64,000 bases of DNA, taken from contig JAAOMT010000295.1 in NCBI GenBank assembly GCA_016748015.1, positions 496,001 through 560,000 on the forward strand, written 5' to 3'. The DNA comes from Geosiphon pyriformis uo1 (Eukaryota; Fungi; Glomeromycota). The notes under the pieces are model-generated. The model saw nothing but the letters and a program-made list of their open reading frames with translations, did not search any database and had not been told where the DNA came from. The position numbers were made by a program, and so were the translations under genes. Positions 1-13,200 of the stretch are shown one piece after another. Numbering within the stretch: the stretch's first letter is position 1; every line of letters begins with the position of its first letter.

Positions 1-2236
1 AACTTTTCCCATCCACCTTGTCGATAAGCTTCTCGGTGTCGAGAATAACCGCCAAGCAATTCATCGGCGCCCACACCAACAAACAAAACTTTAGCCTTGC
101 TTTCATAATTTACACTAGACTAAATCAAAATGAGACCTTCGTTTGTAATACCGAGAGAGAAAATGCTGTAACGATTAAACTTTTACCCCTGGTATATCTA
201 GAGACTCAAGTTGACCTTTTGAAAAAGAGCATCTATTAATTAGAACTTTTACCTAAGAAACAAAAGCATTTTCATTCTGACTATCAAAACCAACCTTTTC
301 CGCGAGCCGCGAACCAAAATGCCATCGCAATACTCTGTTTCAACATTCGTGGTTGATTCAGCCAAGAGGGTCATCTTTCACCACAAAACAAATAGCACTC
401 ACCAAATCCATTATTGTATCCAATGGAGCGATCAGCTCCATAATCTCGCTTCGATGAAGACAAGCTTCTTCATAGGGGACATTGATTTCTACAAAGTTCC
501 ATGTACGATTTGGGGATATTTTTCTAATAATCAATATTTAAATGGGAAGTGCTTGCGGGATCACTTTATATTAAATGTGAGATGATATTGATACCTTAAT
601 TCTTGATGACTATTTCTGCCGGTGAGCCTATCTGGCACATCATATATAGATTTTGTTTTCTCGATAAAACTTCTATCGATTATCTTTTGATCAGATTTCC
701 TTTGCTCTTGAATTCTTCGTGGATTCTCGAATCCAACGTTTAACAAATCGATAGATTCTTCTGGGGGCAGATATCTATCGGCTAATGCCGCTAGACACAT
801 GCAATCCAATCCCCCTGAGAATAAGATGGCTAAACGAGCTTGGTGAACTAAACTGGATGAGAAATTTATGGTAAATCTTGGCAGATTGACAGTTAAATTG
901 GTCAGCAAGCTATATTTCATGCGTTACCTGCTTCTAGGAATGTTTGAAGCTCGACATTGAATAGAAATAGAAAGCTCAGAAATCGTTCGATCGATAGCAC
1001 TGCGCATGTTCATCGAAATATCTGGAGTAGTAAAGGATTCATTGGAAAAAGGCAAAATAGGTAGTTCACTCGGATCCGGAAGGTGCTTGTTGATTTTTCC
1101 AAAAGGGAATTTCTTAATACAATGGAGATATGTTAATATTTTATGATTAAGTGGCATCTTTATAAAAAGGTTCTAAGAAAATCAAAATCTCAGATATTTG
1201 CCATAGAATTTTGTATGTTCAGTGTAGTTCTTGATTCCGAATACCACGGGTAATGTACTAATGCTTTTTTTATTGATCCTTCAATGGTACAAAAAGCTGA
1301 TTAGTCTTCAAGACATTATTTAACTAGGTGCTTTTATAAAATAAAAAATTACCTGTTTGGGTAACCTCAGGATCCAGATCATCAAAATTCAAACAAAAAA
1401 GTCCGTCAGTAGGGACTTCTTCAAAATAATGCGACTTTATTTGAAGGTCAGATTCTTTTAAGGGGTTATTAAAACCGACTGATGTCAGTGTAAAATGACG
1501 AGAATGGGAGATTGGAAGATTCCACAACAGAGATCTTCTACCGAGTCGATCACGGCTAAACCACAACTTTCGCCTTTTACTCTAAATGACAGATAAAGTC
1601 AAAAAGAGTGTTGTTTACTCGGATCTATTTAAAAAGTCAAAAATTAGTTTACCTGCCAATATATAAAAGCAAAAGGGCCTTCAATTTTTGTTAAAGTTTT
1701 AATTATAGAATCATCCTGAGAAGTAGCTTCATCGCAAACTTTCAAACATTGAAACAATCGTGCCCCATCATTTTCATGGTCAGCCACCTATTTAATTCTC
1801 AAGATTAATGAAGAAACAGGTAAATCTTGATCGATCATGATTCATGGGAGGCAAGTAATAACCTCGATCCCGTTGAATATTTCCCCATTCCATAACAATA
1901 TTTGTCCCCCTTCGTCTATTATCGGCTGCTTTGTTATCCCAACACCCCTTAAATGCAAAACCGCGCCATAGAATTTGACAAGGTCATTATATTGTGTTCT
2001 CTCCGAATATTCACCTTGATCATCAGGTCCTTTTTGATCAATAAAAATTCGAAACAATGAATAATGTATGGTAATCCTACAATTATAAAAATGTATAAAA
2101 TACCGCGCTTTTTATTAAGTTCTTTTAAATGCCTCCATAAATCATCGGCCTCATCGTCAGGTTCAACTTCAGAATCATCCAGAAAATTATTAACAGCGCG
2201 AAGCTGTCGCACCAATTGAAAAAGAATTCCACACAT
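1..2236 (-). CDS. ASNSD1: Asparagine synthetase domain-containing protein 1 (YML096W-like), multi-exon, 3' end beyond left edge
   Basis: ATG at 2236 gives the Ntn-type MCGI start. Spliced exons (2236-2104, 2029-1863, 1787-1653, 1581-...) give RGPD, LHLRG, WNGEIF, IEGPFAFIYW and RDRLGRRSLL. Later exons give AILFSGGLDC, IDLLNVGFENPR, VPDRLTG, SIAMAFWFAAR and GADELLGGYSRH. Confidence 0.92.
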
Positions 2237-2391
2237 CTTAAAAGGCCAAGAGATCAAAAACAATCATTTGCCATCTATGCAGAAAGGCAGCTGATCAAAA
2301 AATGATGATAGGGCACAGTACGCTTAATGCTAGCCTCAGAGCTGAAAGTAACTTGATTAAAAGTTAAACACGAGACGTTTTACTAATAGAA
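2237..2391. promoter_or_regulatory. 155-bp divergent (bidirectional) intergenic region
   Basis: Head-to-head ATGs at 2236 (-) and 2392 (+). Confidence 0.6.
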
Positions 2392-4295
2392 ATGGAAACT
2401 CTTCAACTTAGTGAAGAAAGGCCGTATAAGAAACGCAGCCATTCACCCATACATAAGATAAGAAAGAGTATAGGTCTTCTTTTTCCTAGGAGTAACTCTC
2501 CCATGGCTTCTACTATGGCCGGAGAACACAAAGAACATAAAATAGATCAACTAAGAACTTTTCTAGAAGATATTGGGCATCCTATAGAAAACTCCCAAGC
2601 GGAGAATTTATTAGAACGATATGATTGGAATGTTGAGTTAGTGGCAGATTATTATCGAGACATTGTGAATGCTGAGGAAGGATTGGTTGCTGAAATCAAT
2701 AAGGATGTAGTTATGGTTGGGTCTGAGAATGACCGTGTCACTAGTTGTTACATAGGTACAGACTAAAATTTCTCATTCATCAACTCATTGTCTTTTAATT
2801 TGATGTGCAAGTTCGAATTGATCAATTTTTATTTCGACAGATAGTGTTTTATTTGCCATGTTTGCTCGGATGCGTGCTTTCGATGGATTACTTGTCGGCG
2901 AACCTAAAAGCCCAAATGCGTCTAACCTACTTGTACATTTGCGTTTATTTGTTAATCGCTTAAGATCTGGGAACTTCTTGAACGCACAAATGATTAAGGT
3001 AGTTAATGTAATTTTGGGAATTTCTGGATTTCTTTTCTTGGACCTAAATAGCCTCGTCAAATCTGCTGTTGACCCGTCGAATTTAATAGCAATTGCGTGA
3101 AAACTTAATGAACAATGGCTGGCGTGGTATAGATGATAACGGCACCCCAACTCAAGAGGATACTAGCGAATTTTTTCTTTTTCTATCTACTCTCTTTGAA
3201 CTCCCCTATCTTCCACTCGGTATGCACCTATATCATGGTGGGAAAGAAGAATCTAATGATGAACGTGTGGTCACTGAACGTTTGATCCAGCTTGCTATTC
3301 CGGGAGACCCCCAAGATCTATCTCCAGTCACATTAGAGGAAGCACTGATGGAATATTTCTATGATAATGTCATATCCGGTATTCAACGTACTGTAATCGA
3401 TCATGATGATGAAAAAAACCAAGATTTTGAAGAATTACAGAGTCCTCAGGAAGTTCCAGTATCAGCCTGGCAATTTTTAAAGTTGTTACCTTTTTATTCG
3501 GCAAGTAATGAGCAAGGTATTTGTCAGCCGGTCAAATTCCAAACTCCATTAGCGATAAAATAAGGAAGTGGGTGATTTAAGGCTGAGATATATACTATTC
3601 TTGGAATGCTTGATTTTTTCAAAACTTATGTATGTATACTTCAAAATCATAAAAATCTAAAAATCCATTTCATTCTTACATATTAGGCGAAGAAATTCAA
3701 GCCGAATCTTTTAAATTTCCCGACAAAGGTTTAATTCTGCCGTTGGTTCTCAAGCGCTATGCATACGATGAACAATTCCGGCCATTTCGGATCAAGAAAC
3801 GTGTTTATGTACCGCCATATGTTAATTTCACTGCATATGTTCATTCAGATGCGGTGGACGATCCTTGTAGTTGTGGCATCGAACATCAATATCGATTAGA
3901 ATTGAGATCAGTTGTATGTCATATTGGAACCAATCTTTCCTCTGGTCATTATGTTGGGTATACATCAGATGTATGTATTATCTAGACATCTTTGCTTTAA
4001 ATTAGTTACTCGGTTTAATCTGGAAATTTATTAATTTTTTTTGTCGTAGGAGGATGGCTGGTATAAGCTTGATGATTTAAATGTTGAAGAACGAGTGAAA
4101 AAATACTCTACTATTCCTGAGATTACTTATTTATTCAATGAGTTTAGCTTAACTGGTTATTTATTGTTTTACGAATTACAGCAACTTCACCCCACGATTG
4201 TTTGTGAAGACGCAGCAATTGAGTACGATCATCATGTAGCACAGAATTTACAATTCATGGAGTTTGCCAATGGTCAGAATTGTGGCATTCAATAA
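2392..4295 (+). CDS. USP/peptidase C19 deubiquitinase (CYLD-like fungal type) with N-terminal UBA-like helices and C-terminal CaaX; exons 2392-2755, 2841-2998, 3090-3516, 3687-3970, 4050-4295
   Basis: GT-AG introns join the Cys box (ENDRVTSCYIDSVLFAMF), QEDTSEF, the His box (VVCHIGTNLSSGHY) and WYKLDD in frame. The protein ends NCGIQ*. Confidence 0.88.
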
Positions 4296-4722
4296 GATCA
4301 ATTAGACAGAATCTGGTTGTTTATCAGCAATTTGCTGATTTAAAATAAACATAGGATATTAATGGCTTGCCTAAAACATTTTTGAGTTTTCACCATCTTC
4401 CGAATTCTGGAAACACCAATATGAAATATATTCTAGAGAATAAGATAATAGATTTTCTAATAACTCCCGAGAAACTATTAATTGATTATATTTACAAAGG
4501 GATTTGGTTTAGCAAATAAAATAACTGCAAAGCTACAAAAAATAATTTTCGATAATCATCTCCAAATTTGCTAAAAACCATAACCTGCTCGTCAAAATAT
4601 TTTAGATAGTGACAGATATTAATCTGCGAAAACAGATTAAATGCAAAATTATAAGGCACAAATTTTTACGAGGCGAGGAGCTGTCACGATGATCCATAAA
4701 ATTACACAAACCAATCACTGAT

Positions 4723-6519
4723 TTAATCTCTTTCCATGTTTGAAGTAATGATTTTGACCCTTGGAATATCCTGTATATCAGAATAAGCATTTATTTATAT
4801 TGAAGTTTGAGATTTTCTTTTGTAAGATAAAGTAAAATCAACACACCGTTCGTCGCTTGGTTTTGCAAGATTCCAAATCTGTATTTGGAGCATTTACGTT
4901 GGTTCCCTTAGATTTTCTATGCTCTTTGTCTTTTTTGTGTTCTTGAAATTCTTCTCGTTGCCCGTGCTCTTTGCCCTCTTTTCGCTTCTTTTTTTGTCGA
5001 CCCTCCTCATTGTCGTCGTTCTTCCTCTTTTTTTCCTATGTGCAATGAGTTTAGGGAGTTAAGCGTTATAGATAACTTTACCTCGTTATTATTTTTATTT
5101 TAGGTATTTCTCTTGCAAACCTTCATTAATTCAGATCGAGCTTCAATACTAGGGACCGCCAACACGGAGGATGCTTAAAACAAATGAGATTAATATTGTA
5201 CAAAATCGATTGATTAAGTGGTAAGATATTTAAATACATACAAACTATTTTTATCCGTTTCACTGAAGGTGCAGGGCCAGTTATAGGTGTAGCAGTTAAT
5301 GAGCTTTTACTCGGGCGTGAGCTTTTGCTGGTTCCTGTGCTTGTAGTTGCGGGCTTGATTGTACTTTTATTTGCAGTTGTCGATTTGATTGTACTTGTAC
5401 TTATGTTTGTAATTGTTGTCGGTTTGGTTACAATTTTATTTGTAGTTGTCGATTTGACTGCACTCTCACTTGTAGAACCGGGTGTAAACTTATTTGGACC
5501 TGTAATTATAGATTTGGTTGTACTTGTATCTGCGGTTGTTTGAGATCTAATGGGCATTGATCCAGAACGATTTTTTCCTTTACTTTTTGAAGCAGCACTC
5601 TGTATTGAATTACCATTGTTTGTGTTATGATTCATGGTCCCATTATGATTATTGGTGACATTTTGATGTTGATTCGAGCTTGAAGCTTGTGCTTTGTTCT
5701 TCGATACAGAGGCTAATTCGAAGCCAAGGCACTCTTCAAAGTCCTTTTTCTAAAAATAGGGATAAGATGGTATGCTATTAACTCCTAAAAGCCGCTTTAA
5801 ATATGTTAAAATACTCTGTACACTATTCAATTAGTAAAACACAATTCTGAAAGATTATTAAGCTTCTTTAATATAATCAATAAATATTTTGAAGGCTATT
5901 AAATTGAACGATGAATTTAAAAAGTTTTATTACCTCCGGATGCGGAAGCGGGACATTTAGGTGATCAAATAAATCCTTGTGCTTCTCGATATATTTTTTT
6001 GTTATTTCACGTCTTTCTCGCACTTGTTCAGGGTCTTTTCGAGGCTCGGCCAGTAGCTTCTTGAAGAAGGTGCTTTGTTGTGGAATGATCTTGCCTACTC
6101 AGTATGGTGCAAGCATGAAGAAGCATAATTTTTTAAGTCAAGTAGTTAATACCTTTAGAGCGCTTTTATTTGGCTTCATTTAAATTGATTACCAGGCAAA
6201 TATTCCAGTGTTTTATCATAAGTCGCGGGAATAGAATCGGATCCATTTTTAAAGGACTCGAGTAGCTGATAATATCTTTTTTTCAAGTCAAAATCTTTGG
6301 AGGAACCAGGTTTAGCTGGTTGCCGAACGTTTTTTGTCTTCTCATTAAATCGATCTGTAAGTGGTTCTTGTTTCTTTGGGGCTTTTCGCACTTAAACACG
6401 ATTAAGATGTGTTGAATACCAGCACTTGGTCATATTTAAAAATATATAAATGAATAGTGAATACCAAGCGGCTTCAGACAGTCCACGGTAGATTTCTTTT
6501 TGTCTTCCCTTTGAGACAT
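4723..6519 (-). CDS. Multi-exon basic nuclear protein with Thr/Ser-rich linker and Lys/Arg-rich tail; weak resemblance to Mediator Med19/Rox3
   Basis: ATG at 6519 (MSQREDKK). In-frame GT-AG exons at ~6519-6465, 6390-6193, 6094-5935 and 5749-5241, then smaller exons ending DIPRVKIITSNMERD* (TAA 4723-4725). The last exons are tentative. Confidence 0.65.
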
Positions 6520-7895
6520 TTGAGTTTTCCTTACGAGTTGTAATACTTGTAAATAACAAGTGTCGTTAGCTGTGAAAACGATCGCTTGGGAACTTTTAGT
6601 TGTAGCAGTCACTGAATGTAAAAATGAACAATTATTGTGCTGTTGGTCGCTGTATAAATAGACACATTATCTTTTATCTTATTGACTATCTACTAAATCA
6701 AATCCGGGCTTTTAAACTATAACTGAATACTGCAATTATTGTGGTCTTGTGATATAATTTATTTCATACATTATGTAATCTGTATAAAGTGTAGCATTAA
6801 TTTAAATGAGTCATACTATTATTATTATTTGGACTATTTCCTTATATTTATTATTTCTTACCGCGATTATTAAACCATCACTAATTAAAGACCCCACTTG
6901 GCAAAATTCCAGCAGATTCAAATTTTTCTGGCTTTTCTAAATTACAGATTTTATATTTATTACATTTCAACATGTTTGAGTTAATTTTTGGCTTTTATAT
7001 TAATATGATAAAATAAAATTCTAATTAATAATTTTAAATATTATATTAAAAATAACTTAATATTTTTCTGTTTGGTAAGTGTTATTTTAATACAGCTTAA
7101 AAAAGTTATAGTTATTTTCTTTGTAAAAGTTTTTAACAACATAAATAAATTATTTATATTTGTGTTTTTTTAATAATTAAAACCAAATTTTATTGTTTAC
7201 TTAAATTATGCTTATTATATAAAAATGTAAATATAAAAACAAAGCAAATTTTTAAACTTATTAAATTTTTTTATAATAATATTTATTTAATAAATACATA
7301 TAATTAGTTTTAAAATAAATAACATATCGTAAAATAAAAATCTTATGACAAATTTAATAAACCAATTAAATATTTATTAATAACTAAAAAATTAATAAAT
7401 TTAAAATTAGTTTTGTAAATTATTTTGTTAATAACTTGTTTTATATATTATAATTATTTAAATCTTTTATATTAAACTTTTAATAAAACTATAATTATTA
7501 TATTATGTTGTAAATAAATAAAAAATACATAATTAATTTATTAATAAGTTTTATTTTTTGTTTTATATTAAAATTATTTTTTACTAAAATAAGTTATTTT
7601 TCAAATTTTTTAAATAAATACATATAAATATATATATATATATGTTTTTTATTAATTAATATAGTAAAATTCAATTATTATTTAATATAATATAATTATA
7701 TAAATTTTTAAATTTTAAATAATTTATATGTTTTTTATATATAATTAAATATAAACTTAATTTAAATTAAATTATGTTAATTTTAATTTAAAAAACCATT
7801 TTATGTATAAAACAACCAATATACTATTATTTATTATTTAATTATTTAATTATTTAATAGTTTTACTTATTATTACAGAATAATTTTCTTGGTAT

Positions 7896-8545
7896 TATTA
7901 TAAGTTAGAATAACAAGTTAACAGATAGCAAGAAAAACCAGAATTATAAGATAATAAAATTAATTAAAGAGAAAATTACAATAAGAGAGTAAATTAAATA
8001 AGTAAAAATTTAATATACATGATTAATTTCATAAAAATTACAGTTGTAAATCTTTTTTGGAAATCTAAAAATAAAGAAATAATCTGTAATTATCAACAAG
8101 ATAATTCTACTACTATTATTTTATGTCTTACTTGGTAATTCTTAAAATTAATAACAAATATTGTTGTGCTTTTTAATTGTTTCTTTATTTAATAAATTAC
8201 AAGAACAAACAATTGCTTTTTAGGCTAATTTTTAACAATACAAATCAAAAAAAAGAAAGATAAAGTATATAAAGACCAATAAGTAATCTTTTATCCTAAA
8301 ATATTTAGATATTTGAAGATAAAAAAAAAAATAAGCAATATGAAAAAAAATAATTAATAGTAAATTTTATTTTGTTACTTTAATTATATTCTTTAACAGC
8401 TAAAAAATTTATTACTTATATAGCTATAAAAAATAGTCAATAACCAGATTAATAATTATTATTTAAAAATAAGGTGGCTAATTATGTAACATTAATAATT
8501 AATACATGTAATAATTAATAAAAACTATGGTTTTCAATCATAATA
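7896..8545 (-). repeat. A1 3' LTR (family A)
   Basis: Decayed reverse complement of the A4 LTR, abutting the PPT and ORF3. Confidence 0.88.
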
Positions 8546-10297
8546 TTATTTTCTCTAAAGAGATTGAGTTTTAGTAAAATCAAGCTATTTATGAGATAAT
8601 TTAATTGAAGAGTTTTATCTAATTTAAAACTAACTGGTTTATTGGAGTTTTTTGTGAATAAGGTATATAATATCTAAAATAAAATAAGTTTTGTATTTAA
8701 GAGAACAAATTTTTATATAAGAGTTTTGGTTTTTTTAGCAATAGTCAAAATCTTTGAGATATTTAATCATATAATATCCAAAATTTTTACTTGTATTTTT
8801 AAAATTGTTTTTTTATAAGCTTCATGTCTTTTATAATTTTATCAAATCGACTATAGAACTTTAATTGTCTTCTATATAACAAATTTTTGTCTATGTGCAA
8901 AATTTTTTTAATTATTTTTTTAAAAGTATTGTAAGATAATAATATGTTTGCTGTTATGCTTTAAGCATATATTTATTTATTTTGCTACTAATTTTTTTTT
9001 TTGGTAGTAGTTTTCTTTGGTTTAATAATAGTATGTGTTTTACTGTTATCTATTATAGTGGTTTATTTTTCAATAATTAAAATAACATTTGGATAATTTT
9101 TGATTCAATACTTATAGAGAATATAAAAAGCATTTTAAATGTTTTAATTCAAAAAATAATTGTTTATATTAATTAAAGATATCTCTGTTTTGAAAATGAT
9201 ACATTTATTTATATCTAGTTTTTGCTGATTATTTGGGTTAATATTACTACAACAGATAACTAATTAGGTCATTTGTGATATTTTTTGAGTTATATATTAT
9301 AAATAGAGCAATTATTAAAAATTGTTTTATATTAATTTTGTAAAATATAAAAACTATTGTTTAAAACTTTGTTAATTATAAAGATTTTTCCATTAGCTAG
9401 AAAATTTATTACCATAAACATTGCTTTTGTTTGAGTAGTATTCTAAAACTAAGTTGTCAATACTTAAAGAAAGTATTTTATAATTTTTTTTTTCTTAAGC
9501 TTCTCTTAAAACTGTTTTATTTTTTCAAAGACAATTATTTGTATTTCTATTAATAAGTCAAGAATAGTACCAAGTTTTTTTTGCAAAATGTCTTTATAAT
9601 TTTCTATTGTAATTTTTCAAAAGATATTGTTTTAATATCAATTTCTATTAATAATATTGTCATTTATCTATAGAACAAATAAAAAAGATTATAACTTATT
9701 ATATTATAATTTACAGTCTTATAAGCAAACAAAACTAAAGACAGTACTTTGTCTTATAAGTTTGTTTCTTTATTGGTTTTGGCTAAAGTTTTACATAGTG
9801 TTTTATTAAAATGTTTTACTAGACTATTTGTTTAAAAATAAAAAAAATGAAAATTTATGATGTATTTTCATTTTTCTACAAAGTTTTTCAACCAATATAC
9901 TAAAAAAAGCTCTTCTTTTGTCAGATAAAAGTTTTTTGGAGCAGTTATGGTAATAAATAATATCTTCATAAATAAAGTTGGCAATAGAAACTGCTGTTTA
10001 ATTTGGGGTGGCTCTTGCTTCTACTTATTTTGTAAGATAATTAGTAACTGTGCTAATGTATCTATTGTTATTAGAGATTATGATTAAAAATTTAACAATA
10101 TCTATACCAATTCTGTCAAATAATTGACCAACAAAAATTGGATAAATGTTATTATTAGTAGAATTTTTTTTTATTAACATTTTACAAGTAAGACCCAAAT
10201 ATCACCTAGTATAATACATCAAACATAATGATCTAAACTAGGCATAAATTATGCACTTTCTACATGTGACCAGTTACTTAGACTAATTAGAGCAACA

Positions 10298-13200
10298 CTA
10301 CAAATTTATCACAATAGATATAATACTATTAATTCTTATAAAAAAACAATTTGGCTTACAAAAACCAAAGCTAACCCCAAGTGCTTCAGTAACTTCAAGC
10401 AACCTGACAGTCTCAACTGAAAGCAAAAATAACAGACTACATACAACAAAAGATAATGACCCATTATGCACTATCAAACCCTTTTTTTCCATAAATGCTC
10501 TATATCTAGCCCTAACTAACCAAATCTCAACATGATGAGCCATACTCAAACTACAAATAAAGTCAACAATCTTACTACCAGCAAGCTTAGCATTATCAAA
10601 AATGTTTACAGCCTCTTCAAACCAATTTTTAAACAAAAAACCTTTACACAAAGCAGTATATAAAGCATTATTAGAAACACACAAGAAAAGCATTTACAAG
10701 ACTTGAGATGATAACAATCTCAAGCCTAACAGAACATACCATTCAGCCTAACATGTTGCGAGCAAATCATCATAAACTCCAGAGTCAAATGCATACACAA
10801 AAAAATAGTCAAAACTTTTCATTTCTTCACAATAAAAGCACAAAACACTAAAGTACCCTTTGTTATATAATTGTTTCTGCATGACAATTGAAAGTTAGTG
10901 GTATATAGTTTTCATGAAATAAAAATATAAACCAGTTATTAATTTACTAGTAAAACCAGCTAATATATAAGAGTCTGGATGCCAGACTGAAGCTGTACAA
11001 ACCCAATCCACATCATCAAAAAAGCATCTGATAAAGACACTAGAACTAGAGCCAACCTTCTAATTAACACAATAAATATACCCAAAAACCTCTCTAGTAA
11101 AATGATGAATATTCTTTAATATTACTGTTCTATCAACTCTAATAAACCTATTATCAACCAGAACCAAAAGCACCAAATTCAAACTGGTAGCCATACCAGC
11201 CAGCCCATTAGTACATTTATTACCCAAAATATCTAAATACTCCCTAATTTTGTGCCAAAAAATGTTAAGCCCTTTATTTTTAATAGAGTTTACAATACCA
11301 TATTGTTCTATCCAACATTAATTTTGAAAATCAGATAAAGCTAAAACAGACTCAGCAGAGCAAGCATTCAAAGCAGCCTAATTGTTTAAGTACATCATAA
11401 CTAAACTGCACAAAAGAATACACAACAATACCAGAGCAATTGTCTGCAACTCTGCTAATATAGACAATACCAACCCATTAACTTTAACACCATTTTCTAT
11501 ATCTAAGTCCGAAAAATAAGCAGCCACTTCACATTTCATCTTACATGTACCCAAGTTTCTTAAGAATTTATCTGTATAAATATTAATAACATTTAAGTCA
11601 GCAGCCAAAAAGCTTTGTGTTAAACCAGAAAAACAACTAGAAACTCTAATATCTAAAGACTGTAAACCAACACTGACTGATCTAACAAAAGATGGAAACT
11701 TAACCAAAAAATCACATGCAAAACTAAACCAGCAAGGTATTGGCCCCCTTGGATCAAGTTTTTTTTAATGGCAGAAGCTTTTCCAATCTAAGATTAACTC
11801 TTTCTTATTATATAATTATTTGATAAAAGCAACACCAAATTTCTTGAGCAAATATAAAATATCATAAAACATTATATACCCTAGAACAACAAACATTGAA
11901 ATGCCACCAAAAAAATGGAAAACAAATAAAGAATTATTGTTAAGAGACATATTAACATCCAAAAAAATTCTCACAATACCAGCCAAAAAATTATTAGCTG
12001 AATTGACATGCAACTTTGCAGGTTGATGCAAAAGATAAATAAAAAACCAACTCAAAACTTGCAGGTTCAAATATCTATAGTTAAATAAGTGACTGACAAG
12101 TTTATTAGCATTCGCAAAACTCAACATGGAAATGATCTTACTCTCAGCTTACAACTGTTCAAATAATTTCAAGCCATATAACAATGAATAACAAAGAGCT
12201 TCATTGGAAAAATTTTTCAAGAAGCCAGTTTTTGACCTCAAATCTCTTCTAATTAGCATATCCCATTTAATACACACACTTCTAAAAATAAAGCTAAACT
12301 GAGTTTTATAACTGACAATAAGTTGTAGCATAGTTGAGACCAGATAAAAAAACTGTTTGTTTAAAATAGCCTTCCTCAAAACCAAATTAACAAAGAACTT
12401 AAAATTTGAATGTGCTTTTGTCAAACTAGGTTTGAACAAACCCTCAAACAATAAAAAAATTCCAAGATATCTATAAGACTCTCCTTTATAAGCAACTGAA
12501 ATTAGCATATCACTTATCAACAACAAAGCTTCTTTTATTCTCTGGTTAATAAAAATGGCCACAGTTTTTTTATTATTAATTGAGATGTTATTTACCCTAA
12601 AAAATTCACTAGCAATGTCCAAAATAAACTGAGTGGCTGTCTGACTGCTCTCCACCCAAATTGTGTTATTGACAAAGACACCAGCCACTAGAAATGAAGT
12701 CAATTCACCCTAATTTTCTAATCTGCCAGTCCTAGCAACAAACTTAGTGTTGATTCAGTAATCACACAAACTATACTGTTTCTTAACTTTACATAAAAGA
12801 GAATCGTAAAAATTTTTTTACAGCAAAAAAGAAAACACTTCACTCTAATTAAGACTATCATGTACTTGGTATTCATTAGTCAAACCAAAATTGGTCATAA
12901 TATAATTAACACAATTATTGTGAATACTCCCAAAGAACTTGATAAAATATATACACATCTTAATTTGAACCAAGCTATTCTGCAAGTAATGCCAACTCAT
13001 AAAGTTATAGGCTTTCTGCATATTTTACAAAACTAGCCAAAGTTCATGATTTTTTTCCAAAGCATCTTTAACAGCCAAACTGATAGCAAAAATAGGAGAC
13101 TGAATGGTAATGCTTTTTAGCACAGAAAAATTGTCACCATGAAGAATGGCAAATTTACTGCATGCCAATAAAATCCTATCAGACAGTATTTTAGAAAGAA

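Noticed and set aside
18-585. Plus-strand ORFs 18-239 and 319-585 (also 2785-3150 minus and 5977-6183 plus)
   Set aside because: They overlap conserved exons on the opposite strand and have no motifs.
5325-5543. Very hydrophobic 72-aa ORF resembling a membrane protein
   Set aside because: Antisense shadow of the Thr/Ser/Lys-rich exon of the minus-strand gene.
6950-7895. Possible integrase C-terminus of relic D continuing through 41294-41553 and 58414-59170
   Set aside because: TSDs show these segments were contiguous, but they are too AT-decayed to assign a product; motif matches could be chance.
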